A stretch of 64,000 bases of DNA from Candidatus Latescibacterota bacterium (GCA_965248265.1 CBDFJF010000001.1:672001-736000), one strand, 5' to 3'; positions 48,986-59,777 are shown, counted from the stretch's first letter. Translations and numbers: made by a program. Notes: generated from the sequence alone by a model not told the origin.

Positions 48986-50620
48986 TCAGAAAACGAACAC
49001 CTCCAACTCCTCCATGTATGGCGGCTGGGGCTTGGCGGTCAAATGTCCGGCGGTAATGCCCAGTTCGTTCGTGAACCGCAGCGGCGGGCAGTCGGCGAGT
49101 GCCAGTTCGAACCACGTCGCCGGCGGATCGCTGTCGGGCCGGTGGTCGCGCCGCACCCGGTCCGGCGGCACCTCCTGTCCGTTGATGTCCAGCGAGATCT
49201 CGTCGCCCGGATCGATGAAGAAGACCTGAAACCGCATCTTCCCGTCCAGTCGTTCGCCATCGCGGCCATCGGCCATGCGGAAGCTGTACACCTGCCGCGA
49301 CCCGATACGATCGGGGCCGAACGTGAGGATCTGGCAGTTCGTGTTCCCGGTGGGGCCGTGATACTGGCGATTGACCGCGTAGTTGCGCCAGGGCGTTTCG
49401 ACCCACTTCCACATCGGCAGAAAATGATAGTGCCGCGGGCCGGCGAGCGCCGACTGCGGGCTACTGACCGCATTCATCCAGCTCAGCATCCGGGCCCGGT
49501 GCTCGGGGCCGGACCACTTGCTGCTGTCGGTCATGTTGCAGCAGGTGTTCCAGAATGACACGCCCTCGGCGCCCCCGGCGTAGGCGTTCAGGGCCGCGGC
49601 CCGGGCTTCGGCGTCGGTGTTGAGCAGGCCGTGGTAGTTGTCCATGGTGATGGCCAGGCCCCGTTCTCGGCCGACCAGAGAGGGCTTGCCCTGCCAGACG
49701 CCGCCGATCATGTCGCCCATCTGTGCTAACAGCGAACAGTTCGTCGCCTTCGTGAAAGATGCGAAAGGCTCCATCGCGATCTGGGGGTCGCTGTAGTTGT
49801 AGTCGCTGACCGCCAGGTAGTCCGCCCAACCGCGTTCGACCCAGGTTTGCGGTTCGAGACCGGCGTCGCGGCACTCGGTCAACGTAGAGGGCACGCGCAC
49901 GCCCAGTGTCAGATGTTCGCGACCTTGGGTTCGGGCGGCCTGATTAAGGATCGCTCTCACTTCACCTACGAACTCGGTCATGATCGGCGCCTTTTGCGGC
50001 GCTTCTTCCCGCACGAAATGCTTGCCCCAGCGGATAAAGTTGAGTTCGATGCCGTCGACCTCCTTCCGGTTGGCCAACTCACGGAGAATCGCCAGCCGGT
50101 GCTGCCGCACCTCGGGAAAGGAGTAGTCCAGCGCGGTCTCCTCGACGCCATCCGGAAGCGTGTCGCTGCGCCGGATGACCCACTCGGGATGATCGATGGT
50201 GATCTGCGGGCAGAAGGCGTCCGCGGGATCGATCTTGACCACATGTGTGTCGCCCATGCGCATTTCGGCGAGGAACTCGACACCGTGCTCATGCACGTAG
50301 TCGGCGAACACGGTCAGTGAATCGCTGCCGCTCTGCTCGAGCCTGCGAATGGTCGTGGCGATGTGGCGCATATGCGGGACACCAATATCCTCGAGGTTGG
50401 CGAACCTGCGCCCGACGGTCTCACCGGCCTCACTGAGGCAGAACATGATGTCCGGTTCGGCCACCGAGAGCGCGAAGCTGTCGAGGCGGATGTGGTCGAA
50501 CACACGATCCAGATATCCCCGCAGGCGTTCGACCGGGTCGCCGCTGGCGCCCATGCCGATGGCGCCACCGTCATCGTTGAAAATGACCCTGTGCCGTTTT
50601 TTCACGGATGGCTCCGTCAT
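48986..50620 (-). CDS. glycoside hydrolase-like (GHL10-type) TIM-barrel protein
   Basis: IFNDDG, HPEW, LDYS.PEVR, DGIEL.F.R and GV...N motifs. Confidence 0.7.
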   Translation of the reverse strand: MTEPSVKKRHRVIFNDDGGAIGMGASGDPVERLRGYLDRVFDHIRLDSFALSVAEPDIMFCLSEAGETVGRRFANLEDIGVPHMRHIATTIRRLEQSGSDSLTVFADYVHEHGVEFLAEMRMGDTHVVKIDPADAFCPQITIDHPEWVIRRSDTLPDGVEETALDYSFPEVRQHRLAILRELANRKEVDGIELNFIRWGKHFVREEAPQKAPIMTEFVGEVRAILNQAARTQGREHLTLGVRVPSTLTECRDAGLEPQTWVERGWADYLAVSDYNYSDPQIAMEPFASFTKATNCSLLAQMGDMIGGVWQGKPSLVGRERGLAITMDNYHGLLNTDAEARAAALNAYAGGAEGVSFWNTCCNMTDSSKWSGPEHRARMLSWMNAVSSPQSALAGPRHYHFLPMWKWVETPWRNYAVNRQYHGPTGNTNCQILTFGPDRIGSRQVYSFRMADGRDGERLDGKMRFQVFFIDPGDEISLDINGQEVPPDRVRRDHRPDSDPPATWFELALADCPPLRFTNELGITAGHLTAKPQPPYMEELEVFVF

Positions 50621-50973
50621 GATCCTCGCCTTTCATGCTCACTGCGCCGCAGCAAACCCCCATGTCCCGAACCGGTGGAACTCCACGCCGTAGTCGAATC
50701 CCGAGCCTCTCATCCGGCATCTCCGTCGAGGGTGGGCTCAAACCCTTGAGGGAATTGCACCGCTCGAAAGACCGTGCCCGCTGGCTTGTGGCCTGCGGCG
50801 GCGGACGCCAGAGCCATCAGGATTGCGGTGCGGATGCGTATAGTTGTCATAAGCGAATTCCATCAGTGCGGGGAAACCCGATCATCGGTTGCTCAGTCTG
50901 ACGTTCACCGATTCTGCCATGTCCGACGACTTCGACAAGGCGGTTGTCACAACCGGCCCGATTGGCGGGCGGA

Positions 50974-52800
50974 TCACTTCTCCGCTATCAGTTTCACTGG
51001 CTTCCAGATACCACCGCCCCAGGTGCCGTAGTCCACGACCCGGACGGCTATCATATTCTTCGTCTCGGACCGTAGGCGGCCGGTCGCCTCGATGAGGAAT
51101 CGCCGCTGCCAGGGATCGCCCGCGGTATAGGCCCACCCATCCATATTGTGTTGTCCGGCGAGTTCACCGTTGATGTACACTTCGGCGCCATGAGCGACAG
51201 CGCCGAAGGCGAGGTACACTCTCTTGCCCTCCGGAATCATCGGCGAACGAAACTCCTGACGGTACCATCCGTACCCGTCATAGAGGCGATAACCGTGGTT
51301 GTCCCAGGGCAGGTCGCTGGTGATCCAGAACCAGTCGCGCTCGTCCACCTGCCCCCTGAACCACTCTTCCCTTACCCCCTGGTTCAGCGGGTCGATGCGG
51401 AATCGCCACAGATTCGACAGCTCTGTCAGCTCCCGATACTGATCCCACAGATCGCCGAACGTCTCCTCCTCCTCGTACCCTACCTGCCGGTCGTAGCCGT
51501 GTACCGGCCAGCCCAGTTTGCGCGGCGGCTTGGCACTGCCCGGTTTCGGCGCGGCGTGCGCATCGAGATTGCGCAGCACTGGAGCATCGGGATGTGGCAG
51601 GCGGACCCTCGCCAGCGCTTCGTGATAGGCCGGGGGAACCAGGATGCCCGGTTTCGACCCCATTTTCCACCAGTAACACTTCTGTGCATACAGCCAGACG
51701 TACTCGTCGGTGTGTTTCAGGGCATGATGCAGGGCATATTCGAATTCCTCGGGTGTGTAGTAGTTGCTGCTGACGTCTTCGGTGAATGGCATACTGCCGT
51801 ACGGACCAAAGAAAAAGGAGAATGCCGCGCGAAAATGGTCATCGTACTTCGCGGCTGCGCGACTGTGTTGGCGGGATTCCTCCTTCATCGCGCGGAGCGC
51901 GGTGGCGTAAGTCACCGGATATCGATAGCCGTAGGCCACCTCATGGCCGTCGATGATTCGTGCCTTCCCCTTGGATTCTGAGAGCAACCCGTCGAAGAAA
52001 GCGGATATCAGCGCATAGCGGACAGCCGGGTCACCGGGTGGTCTTACATGGCTGGGGCCATGCAGCGAAAGGAAGTGGATGTCAGGATAGACCGTATTGA
52101 TGGCCCGCATGATCTGTGCGCCTCTCAGGAAAGCCTGGTCGGCGTACTGCCTGGGAGTCTTGCTCTCGTGCTGCAGGCGTTCATAGGTCCACAGATACTT
52201 TCCGTAGTACACCTCGTCGTCGAACATGACACCGACGAGTCCGGCTCGTTTGCAGAAATCGGCGATTACTCGCCAATTGTGCACGACCGCGTCGAACTCG
52301 GGATCGAACCAATCTGGCACGGCCACCTCCGGATCACCAGTGGTCAGATAGGTGTACAGGAAGTTGTGCTTGTACCGCGTCGGCTTGGCCGCCCGCAGAT
52401 CGGCGATGAACGGCTCGAAGTCCTCGATGCGAAGCCGGTCGCCGCGGAAGGGCCGGCCGAGCCGGATCCTCTTGCCGTCTCTCTCGATGCTCGGGGGATA
52501 GAACGCGACGCCGTCCACGGGCACGCGCTGCTCCATCTCGGCCACGTCCTTGGCAAACGTCTCGACCCGGGCGAAATTGCTGCCGCCCGCCATGATGAGC
52601 TTCTTCTCAGGCCCGATCGGCTGGGCCGTGACCCCGGCCGCAGCGATCAGTAGAACGAGAGCGATCGAACCAGAAACGATCCGTGCTCTGGGGGGTTGTT
52701 TCCTGACGGTGATTCTTCCAGTCATTTCTCTCTGTCCTTGCGAACTGCGGAGTCCTGATCTGATTCCCTCTTGGTCGGTCTTCTTCGACCCTGCCTTCAA
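50974..52800 (-). CDS. secreted protein with C-terminal GH2-type sugar-binding domain
   Basis: Signal-like segment; WRFRIDP, YDGYGWYR, L.FGAV, YING and GGIWKPV motifs; start probably near 52725. Confidence 0.75.
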   Translation of the reverse strand: MKAGSKKTDQEGIRSGLRSSQGQREMTGRITVRKQPPRARIVSGSIALVLLIAAAGVTAQPIGPEKKLIMAGGSNFARVETFAKDVAEMEQRVPVDGVAFYPPSIERDGKRIRLGRPFRGDRLRIEDFEPFIADLRAAKPTRYKHNFLYTYLTTGDPEVAVPDWFDPEFDAVVHNWRVIADFCKRAGLVGVMFDDEVYYGKYLWTYERLQHESKTPRQYADQAFLRGAQIMRAINTVYPDIHFLSLHGPSHVRPPGDPAVRYALISAFFDGLLSESKGKARIIDGHEVAYGYRYPVTYATALRAMKEESRQHSRAAAKYDDHFRAAFSFFFGPYGSMPFTEDVSSNYYTPEEFEYALHHALKHTDEYVWLYAQKCYWWKMGSKPGILVPPAYHEALARVRLPHPDAPVLRNLDAHAAPKPGSAKPPRKLGWPVHGYDRQVGYEEEETFGDLWDQYRELTELSNLWRFRIDPLNQGVREEWFRGQVDERDWFWITSDLPWDNHGYRLYDGYGWYRQEFRSPMIPEGKRVYLAFGAVAHGAEVYINGELAGQHNMDGWAYTAGDPWQRRFLIEATGRLRSETKNMIAVRVVDYGTWGGGIWKPVKLIAEK

Positions 52801-52925
52801 CGTACCTCTCTGACAATGCCTTACGCAACAACAAATGGGCCTCAGCCCGTACTTCTACGGATGTCACAGCGGCCACGAACATGATATATTGGGCTGAAAT
52901 GCGGATGGTTTCAGCCTTTGATTCT

Positions 52926-53094
52926 ATGCAGAGAATTGACCGCGAATCAGTTGAAAGAGCAGCGAGGCTCTACAAGACGAACATAGAGGCCAGCCAGGCC
53001 TTGGGGATGCATCCAACTGCATTTGGCAGAGCGTGCAGGAAGTATGGGATCGAAACGCCTGGTGCGAGGAAGATCAGATTGCGAAAGCGGGCAT
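52926..53094 (+). CDS. small Fis-like HTH protein, 3' end interrupted by the group II intron
   Basis: Paralog of 8218-8394; its last codons are displaced to about 55134-55142. Confidence 0.75.
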
Positions 53095-55133
53095 GTTGAG
53101 TAGCCGGGGCTAGTCACCTAGCCCCAGCCCTCACCAGAGCCCAGCGAGCAGATTTCCCGCACTGGGCTCCTCCGTTAACACGTCTCGCGGTTAAGAAAAC
53201 CAGATCGATACGACAATTCGAGGTTGCGGTAGCGGATACTGCCGAAGTAAGCCTCGATAGTATCTCGCCCATGTGAGGCGCGATCGCTGGCTACGGCGAT
53301 TGAGCCACTTGTACCACGCCATCACTGCTGCGGATGTGAATAGGCTTACGCTGCGCCCATTCCCACTAATACCGAAGTAGTTGATGTGGCCCCGGATGCG
53401 TCGTACGAGGTCAGCGTGTTGCTCGGGGATCGGCCAATGGCGGTGTCGACGACAGAGTCGATATAGCGCCTGTACTGATCGCCTGAGCCGATCACGCCGC
53501 GTCTTGCTCGTCAGCACCCATCGCCCCGTCCGGGCCCGTTGCCAATACCACGTGAAGCCCAGAAAGTCGAAGGTACCTGGCCCCTTGCCCTTGATCTGCG
53601 CCTGTGATGGCCGCTCAAAAGGGATGAGCCGGGTCTTGTCCGGCTGCAGGGTCAGTCCGTATTTGTTCAGCCGCTTGCTCAGCACTTCCATCACCCGCTC
53701 TGCATCCTCCGGCAGTTCGAAACCAATGATGAAATCATCGGCGTATCGGACCAACGTTGCTCTACGACGCAACCGCGGTCTGATCTCGACTTCAAACCAC
53801 TCATCAAGGACATGATGCAGGTAAAGGTTGCCAAGCAGCGGCGACAAACAGGAGCCCTGTGCGGTGCCACGGTCCGGCGTCGAAAATTCCGCACCGTCCA
53901 GCACCCCAACGTGCAAGCACTTCCCTACGAGTCGGGTGATCGACCCATCGGGAATCCGCTCCTGGAGAAACTCCATCAGCTTGGATCGATCCAAACTGTC
54001 GAAGTAGGATTGGATATCCGCCTCCAGAATGACCTTCGCCTCCCCGTTCATCACCACCCGATTCAACACCTTCAGGGCGTCATGGGCACTCCGTCCCGGC
54101 CGGAAGCCATATGAGCAGTCACGAAAATCCTGCTCGTAGACCGCCGCCAACACCTCGCGTAACGCTTCCTGGACAATCTTGTCCTCGAAGCACGAGATGC
54201 CGATGGGACGGGTCTTCTTACCCTTACCGTCCTTGGGGATGTGGACTCTGCGAATGGGCTGGTGGCGCCACCGCTTACTGCGAAGCCGCTGGTGCAGATC
54301 CTGCAGATTGCTCTCCAGATCCTGCCCATACTGCTCCTTGGTCACGCCATCCACCCCCACTGCGGCGCTCGGCTTTTGATGGTCGAACGCCCTCCGCAGC
54401 GCATCTACATCGATCAGGTGTGCGAGCGAGTGAAACTTGGCCTGCGGCTCTCGTCTCGCTCTTTCCGCTACTTCCAAAAGTCCCGGTGACATGGACTCCG
54501 AAGTCAATGCATCGGTCATGGTGCCCTCCTGAAGTTCGTATCAACACGGACCGCCTTGGCTCCGCCGGGTCCGGTGCCAACCGTTCCCCGACTTCACAGC
54601 TACTACACGGTCCTCCGACTCCCTTACTCCGTCGGCCGCCGCTCCGGTTCCCCTCGCAAGCGACCTACCACGGTGCCCACGCTTGTTCTTGTTCGGCCAC
54701 GCATGCGTGTGCTGACGCGCGGCGCGTCGGAGACTTCATCACCGGCTCTCCCGATCACCGGAATCTCCCGTGGAGAGACAAGGGCCTCCCAGGTTGCTGG
54801 ATCATCCTCTGCGAGCGTGCCCTGGTCGTATCACACCCCGCCGGGGTGTCATCGCCTCGCCCAATAGCGCCGACAACACTGCTGCCTTCAGGTACAACGG
54901 CACCCTCGGCTATCCCGGAACGTTCTGCATTTCAGGGCCGCCAATCGCACGGCCCGCTCGCTCGCTGCCCTACTGCTTCGCCCGTCCCGTTACCGGGACG
55001 CACGCAAGGGCTCGCTTCTGGCCTGCTGGGCTCAGCTCTAGCCAGGCGGGCTTTGCACCCGCGGGACGACTAACCGTATTTCAAGAAGTATCACCTCCTT
55101 CTATTCCAACAGACCAGCCTAGCCTGGTCGCAT
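53095..55133 (-). mobile_element. group II intron, copy 2 (apparently identical to copy 1)
   Basis: Same length and ends, offset 29,150 bp; ORF translations identical. Confidence 0.93.
53191..54519 (-). CDS. ltrA: group II intron reverse transcriptase/maturase
   Basis: Identical 442-aa protein with YADD. Confidence 0.95.
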   Translation of the reverse strand: MTDALTSESMSPGLLEVAERARREPQAKFHSLAHLIDVDALRRAFDHQKPSAAVGVDGVTKEQYGQDLESNLQDLHQRLRSKRWRHQPIRRVHIPKDGKGKKTRPIGISCFEDKIVQEALREVLAAVYEQDFRDCSYGFRPGRSAHDALKVLNRVVMNGEAKVILEADIQSYFDSLDRSKLMEFLQERIPDGSITRLVGKCLHVGVLDGAEFSTPDRGTAQGSCLSPLLGNLYLHHVLDEWFEVEIRPRLRRRATLVRYADDFIIGFELPEDAERVMEVLSKRLNKYGLTLQPDKTRLIPFERPSQAQIKGKGPGTFDFLGFTWYWQRARTGRWVLTSKTRRDRLRRSVQALYRLCRRHRHWPIPEQHADLVRRIRGHINYFGISGNGRSVSLFTSAAVMAWYKWLNRRSQRSRLTWARYYRGLLRQYPLPQPRIVVSIWFS

Positions 55134-55287
55134 CCGTTGTAGCAGGACGACGGTCGACAACAGTGGCAAGCTATCAATGGTCAGGTTTCTCGTACCAATA
55201 GGATAGTGCTAAGAAGTATTCGCCTGCGTAACCGGATATCATGACACACAATTCCGCTCATGATTTTCTTATGTGGATTAGAGTCCG

Positions 55288-56025
55288 GTGACAAGCAAAT
55301 TCTTGACAGCAAAGTGGCGTCTCTTGACGATGCTGAACTTTCCGATTGACCGGGAAGTCCTAATTCCTCACGCACCACGGGGGACAGAGGTTGACGCCTG
55401 GAACGGGACAGCATTCGTAAGCCTGGTGGGTTTCCGCTTTTCGGATACCCGCGTCAAGGGTCTCCCTATTCCATTTCATCGAAACTTCGATGAAATCAAT
55501 CTGCGCTTCTACGTACGTTATCGAGGTTCCGAGGGCTGGCGTCGGGGCGTAGTGTTTGTTCGGGAGGTAGTTCCGCGGCCTGCAATTGCCCTTATGGCGC
55601 GATGGATGTACAACGAGAACTACGTCGCCTGCCCCACCCGCTCCGAGATCCAGGAGCCAACCGTCGATCGAACGGGGTCCGCGGAGTACAAGTGGAAATA
55701 CCGCGGCGACTGGCTGACCATCGGCGCGGAATACCGTGGAGAGTCGGCGTTTCCAGCAGCCGGATCGGAAGAGGAATTCATTACAGAGCACTACTGGGGG
55801 TATTCCTCGCAACGTGATGGAAGCTCGGTGGAGTATCGTGTTGAGCATCCACAGTGGCGAGTGTGGTCAGCGACAGCCGTGTCGTTCAATGGGGACATCT
55901 CTAGCTTCTGCGGTGCCGAGTTTGCAGCATCGCTTGGTACGAAGCCTAGTTCAGTATTCGTTGCGGATGGATCACCCATCGTCGTTAGGCATGGGGCTCG
56001 GCTTGGCGATGGGGACACCACATAG
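55288..56025 (+). CDS. YqjF/DUF2071 family protein
   Basis: FLTA.WR.L, VSLVGF.F, NF.EINLRFYV, FITEHYWGY and Y.VEHP.W motifs. Confidence 0.85.
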   Translation: MTSKFLTAKWRLLTMLNFPIDREVLIPHAPRGTEVDAWNGTAFVSLVGFRFSDTRVKGLPIPFHRNFDEINLRFYVRYRGSEGWRRGVVFVREVVPRPAIALMARWMYNENYVACPTRSEIQEPTVDRTGSAEYKWKYRGDWLTIGAEYRGESAFPAAGSEEEFITEHYWGYSSQRDGSSVEYRVEHPQWRVWSATAVSFNGDISSFCGAEFAASLGTKPSSVFVADGSPIVVRHGARLGDGDTT

Positions 56026-56163
56026 CACAGTTTGAAGCCTTGTCGGTTCGATCGCCTTACTCATGAGCAACAAATTTTCCAAGTGCGCATGGATAGTGTC
56101 AACCGCGGGCCGTGAACTCCGGGGACGATTGCTCTCGGCAGCAGGCAGCCAAACAAGGTCATA

Positions 56164-58437
56164 ATGGTGCTTTATCGGTCCTATGCGTCTTGGACGGCCG
56201 GGATGATGGGGGACGAGTATTGGCGTCTGGCGTGTACCGCGAAATTTGCTGCGGAGAGGCTGCCGCTGTATAAAGGTTCTGGATCCGGCGGGCAAAATCG
56301 AATCCCGGCTAAAACCATGAATGAAAAACGGACCATCATTCAAGAGAGAAAAATAGTGACCAGATTACTTCCACGACGAAGCCATATTGAGGCAGCATTA
56401 ATGCCATTATTCCTGGTTGCCTTTATTCAATCTGCATCACCTTCGTGGGCAGCCCCTGTCTTTTTCGCCGACGCCAACCTGAAAACAGCGGTTGAGAACC
56501 GCCTGGGGGTCACGGATCCGGAGCCAACCGACATGCTGGCTTTGACCTCTTTGTCCGCGAACTCTAGTGGCATCATGGATTTGACGGGTCTGGAAGCGGC
56601 AACGAATCTCACCGTTCTGTCGTTGTCGAATAATCAGATCAGTGATGTTTCCGCCCTGTCGGGCCTCTCTGCTTTGCTTGATCTCAGACTGGCGAAAAAC
56701 CAGATCGGTGACATCTCCGCGCTGACTGGCCTGGCCAACCTGGGCCTGTTGCTCGTTAATGACAACCAGATCAGCAGTGTTCCCTCGTTGTCTGCTTTGA
56801 CCAGCCTGAACTTTCTGTCGCTCAACAATAACCAAGTGCCTGATATTACCGGGCTTTCGGGATTAATCAGTCTGCGAACATTGCTCCTCGCAAATAACCA
56901 GATCAGCGATATATCAACGTTGTCAGGCCTGACGACTTTGGTCACCCTCTACCTCACTTCAAATCAGATCGGTGACGTTTCCGCCCTCTCGGGCCTCTCT
57001 GCTTTGCTTGATCTCAGACTGGGGAAGAACCAGATCAGTGACATCTCCGCGCTGGCTGGCCTGACCAACCTGGGCCTGTTGCTCGTTAATGACAACCAGA
57101 TCAGCAGTGTTCCCTCGTTGTCTGCTTTGAGCAGCCTGAACTTTCTGTCGCTCAACAATAACCAAGTGCCTGATATTACCGGGCTTTCGGGATTAATCAG
57201 TCTGCGAACATTGCTCCTCGCAAATAACCAGATCAGCGATATATCAACGTTGTCAGGCCTGACGACTTTGGTCACCCTCTACCTCACTTCAAATCAGATC
57301 AGTGATGTTTCCGCCCTCTCGGGCCACTCTGCCTTGCTTGATCTCAGACTTCAGAGTAATCCTTTGGGCATCTTGGCCTACTGCAGAGATCTACCCACTA
57401 TCGAAGGCAATAATCCTGGCATCTTCCTGCTCGTTGACCTTAATCCATTTTCGTCGTGCAATACCGCACCGACCGCTGCTGCCGGAGTGGATCAGACCGT
57501 GGAGTGCGTATTTTCTACGGGCACATCGGTAACGTTGAATGGCACCGGATCGAGTGATCCGGATGAGGATCCTCTGACCTTCTCGTGGTCGGCCCCGGGG
57601 ATCACCTTCGACGATCCGTTGAGCGCCACTCCCACAGCGGCCTTCCCCCTGGGGATGACGACGGTCACACTGATAGTTACCGATCCCAGCGACGAAAGCG
57701 ACACCGACCAGGTTGTGATCACGGTCGAGGACACCACCCCGCCGACCGTGTCGGTCACGGCCAGTCCGGAGTCCCTGTGGCCGCCCAACCACAAGTACAA
57801 GGGGATCACACTGACGGTCTCGGTCAGCGATGCCTGCGACGCCTCGCCCGTGGTTTCGGCCACGGTCATCAGCAGCGAAGCCGACGATGCCAACGGCAAG
57901 GGCGATGGGAAGAGCACCGGCGACATCAAGGTGACGACGGCCGCTGGGGCCATTTTGCTCAGTTCCAACACCGCCCCGGAGGTCGCTTTTGACCCGGTGA
58001 ACGACCAGCTCGAGCTGCGGGCGGAACGGAGCGGCAGCGGCGATGGGCGCGTCTACACCGTCACAGTGACGGCCGCGGATGGGTCGGGCAAAACCGCGTC
58101 GAGCACGGCGACGGTGGCGGTCGCCCACGATCAGGGAACTGCCAAAGTTGTTGCGGCGAACCTGGACTTCGATACGGCGAACTATCCCAACCCCTTTAAC
58201 CCGTCCACGACCATCCGCTACAGCCTGCCCGAGGCGGCCACTGTACGGTTGACCATCTACAGTGTCCTGGGACAGCAGGTGCGGGAACTGGTCGATGCCG
58301 TGCAGGGAGCAGGCGTGTACCAGGTGGCATGGGATGGTCGAGATCGTGCCGGACAGTCCCTGGCCCCAGGAGTGTACCTGTACAGGCTCGAAGCCGGGCA
58401 GCAGGTGATGGTGCGGAAGATGGTCTTGGCCAAGTAG
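56164..58437 (+). CDS. secreted internalin-like LRR + PKD + FlgD-Ig C-terminal domain protein
   Basis: 22-aa LRRs (NQISDIS.LSGL..L..L.L), PKD (AG.DQ, SSDPD.D.LTF.W) and NYPNPFNPST..WDG.D..G...GVY; real start probably near 56355-56401. Confidence 0.9.
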   Translation: MVLYRSYASWTAGMMGDEYWRLACTAKFAAERLPLYKGSGSGGQNRIPAKTMNEKRTIIQERKIVTRLLPRRSHIEAALMPLFLVAFIQSASPSWAAPVFFADANLKTAVENRLGVTDPEPTDMLALTSLSANSSGIMDLTGLEAATNLTVLSLSNNQISDVSALSGLSALLDLRLAKNQIGDISALTGLANLGLLLVNDNQISSVPSLSALTSLNFLSLNNNQVPDITGLSGLISLRTLLLANNQISDISTLSGLTTLVTLYLTSNQIGDVSALSGLSALLDLRLGKNQISDISALAGLTNLGLLLVNDNQISSVPSLSALSSLNFLSLNNNQVPDITGLSGLISLRTLLLANNQISDISTLSGLTTLVTLYLTSNQISDVSALSGHSALLDLRLQSNPLGILAYCRDLPTIEGNNPGIFLLVDLNPFSSCNTAPTAAAGVDQTVECVFSTGTSVTLNGTGSSDPDEDPLTFSWSAPGITFDDPLSATPTAAFPLGMTTVTLIVTDPSDESDTDQVVITVEDTTPPTVSVTASPESLWPPNHKYKGITLTVSVSDACDASPVVSATVISSEADDANGKGDGKSTGDIKVTTAAGAILLSSNTAPEVAFDPVNDQLELRAERSGSGDGRVYTVTVTAADGSGKTASSTATVAVAHDQGTAKVVAANLDFDTANYPNPFNPSTTIRYSLPEAATVRLTIYSVLGQQVRELVDAVQGAGVYQVAWDGRDRAGQSLAPGVYLYRLEAGQQVMVRKMVLAK
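56632..57350 (+). repeat. 330-bp internal tandem duplication (5 LRRs), about 2.2 units
   Basis: Units start at 56632, 56962 and 57292 with near-identical DNA. Confidence 0.85.
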
Positions 58438-58479
58438 GTGACTGCAGAAAATCCCAATCGCAACAGCAGCTGCCACAGC

Positions 58480-58765
58480 GAACTTGGAAACTTTATCTCA
58501 TAGGGGTAGACGTTTTAGTCGTATCCCTTGCGGAATAGATGCCGCCCGAGACAGATACCGACTCCGCGTACACGTTCCGTTTCGTGACCGTTGTCAGCGA
58601 GATTCGGTTGATCCCACAACGTTTCCCCTCCAGAGGACGATCTTACCCAGGGGCCTTCGCCATGTGTCAGGCTTTGCCGACCTCGGACTACTATGCCCCT
58701 TCTGACTTCCTGACCCCCGTTTTCGACTCCCTCGCTATTACGCTTGTCGGTCGGTACTTCCGTCC
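58480..58765 (-). mobile_element. fragment of a second, different group II intron
   Basis: Minus strand GGAAGTCAGAAGGGGCATAGTAGTCCGAGG...GGCGAAGG, matching the domain II/III pattern in the intact intron; no ORF or domain V. Confidence 0.5.
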
Positions 58766-59018
58766 ATGGAAGAGCGGTCTACAAGGGAAAACAGCGACGG
58801 CTCTGACTGGCCCCGAGCGACCGGGAATCGTTGTGATATAATGATGGTCACCCGCCTACCTCTTCAAGGTATGGGAGAATGCATTTCGGGGGGAAGTCTT
58901 TCCCACGATGGAGATGCTCATCGACGAATCGTTGCAAATGCTGCAACGCTAAGGCCAAATCTTCTCTACTGATTATCCTAAGAAGCCACGGCGTCTGCCA
59001 GGGGGTCTGCAAGATCGA

Positions 59019-59345
59019 TTACCCGGTGTGTGGGCCCACTCCCTTTATCACAACGTCCACGTACAGATGCGCGTCTGTGATGTAGTCCCAATTGCGCGCC
59101 GTTTTGAACAGCGTTTTCAACGTCGCCAGGTAGCGGTTGGTTGTGGACACGGTGACCCCGTCGAGATTCCGACGTCGGGTCAGATACCGATCTATCTGGC
59201 GGGTAGTGATGGACTCCAAGGGCTGGTCGCCAAATTCCTCATCGAGCTTCCGGAGCATTCCGGACAGACCGCGCCACGTATTGGGACTCCAACCGCCGAA
59301 ATCCGTGCGAAACTCCCCGAGGAATTGGCCGAAGGTAGGGTTCAT
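59019..59345 (-). pseudogene. tyrosine recombinase, copy 3, truncated before the catalytic domain
   Basis: Matches copies 1 and 2 up to WDYITD (about 59072), then unrelated sequence. Confidence 0.85.
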
Positions 59346-59757
59346 GATCCTCCTCCAGCTTTAATCAAGCGTTTGAAGCCCTGTTTCTGTGCTCGCTTGT
59401 CTTTGCCGACGAGCGCCCGAAGACGAGGTTCGGTGATAACTCCAAGGAGCTCATCTGAGTCGTCCAGGTGCAGAGCGAAGTCTTGGATTTCATCGTCGAG
59501 TCTGAGCAGCCTCAGATAGGCCGAGATCGTCGTATGCGGAGTATCAGGCAAGCGAGCTTACCCTGAGAATCAGCCTGTCCCGAGTCCAGAAGATCCTGGT
59601 AGTGCAGGGCTTGTTTGAGGGCGTTCGAATGCCTCTCGAACTTGAGGCGGCCAGGTTTTCGGTCTTTTCGGCCGATCTGGATATAGGGAGTGTTTCGCTT
59701 ATGCCCTTGAAAAACATGGAACTTATCCCACACGATCCCATGGTTAGTTGAATCCAA
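59342..59757 (-). pseudogene. ParB-like HTH protein, copy 3, frameshifted
   Basis: Two frames (59512-59772 and 59342-59551) each match half of copies 1 and 2; short deletion near 59545. Confidence 0.75.
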
Positions 59758-59771
59758 CGTACGGGCTACCA
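59750..59771 (+). mobile_element. attR-like tRNA 3'-end fragment (probably tRNA-Glu)
   Basis: GAATCCaaCGTACGGGCTACCA equals T-loop/T-stem/acceptor/CCA with a 2-nt insertion; followed by a terminator. Confidence 0.65.
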
Positions 59772-59777
59772 ATACTG

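Noticed and set aside
59700-59771. Intact tRNA gene
   Set aside because: Only the 3' about 20 nt are tRNA-like. The upstream sequence is island arm and gives no D or anticodon arm.
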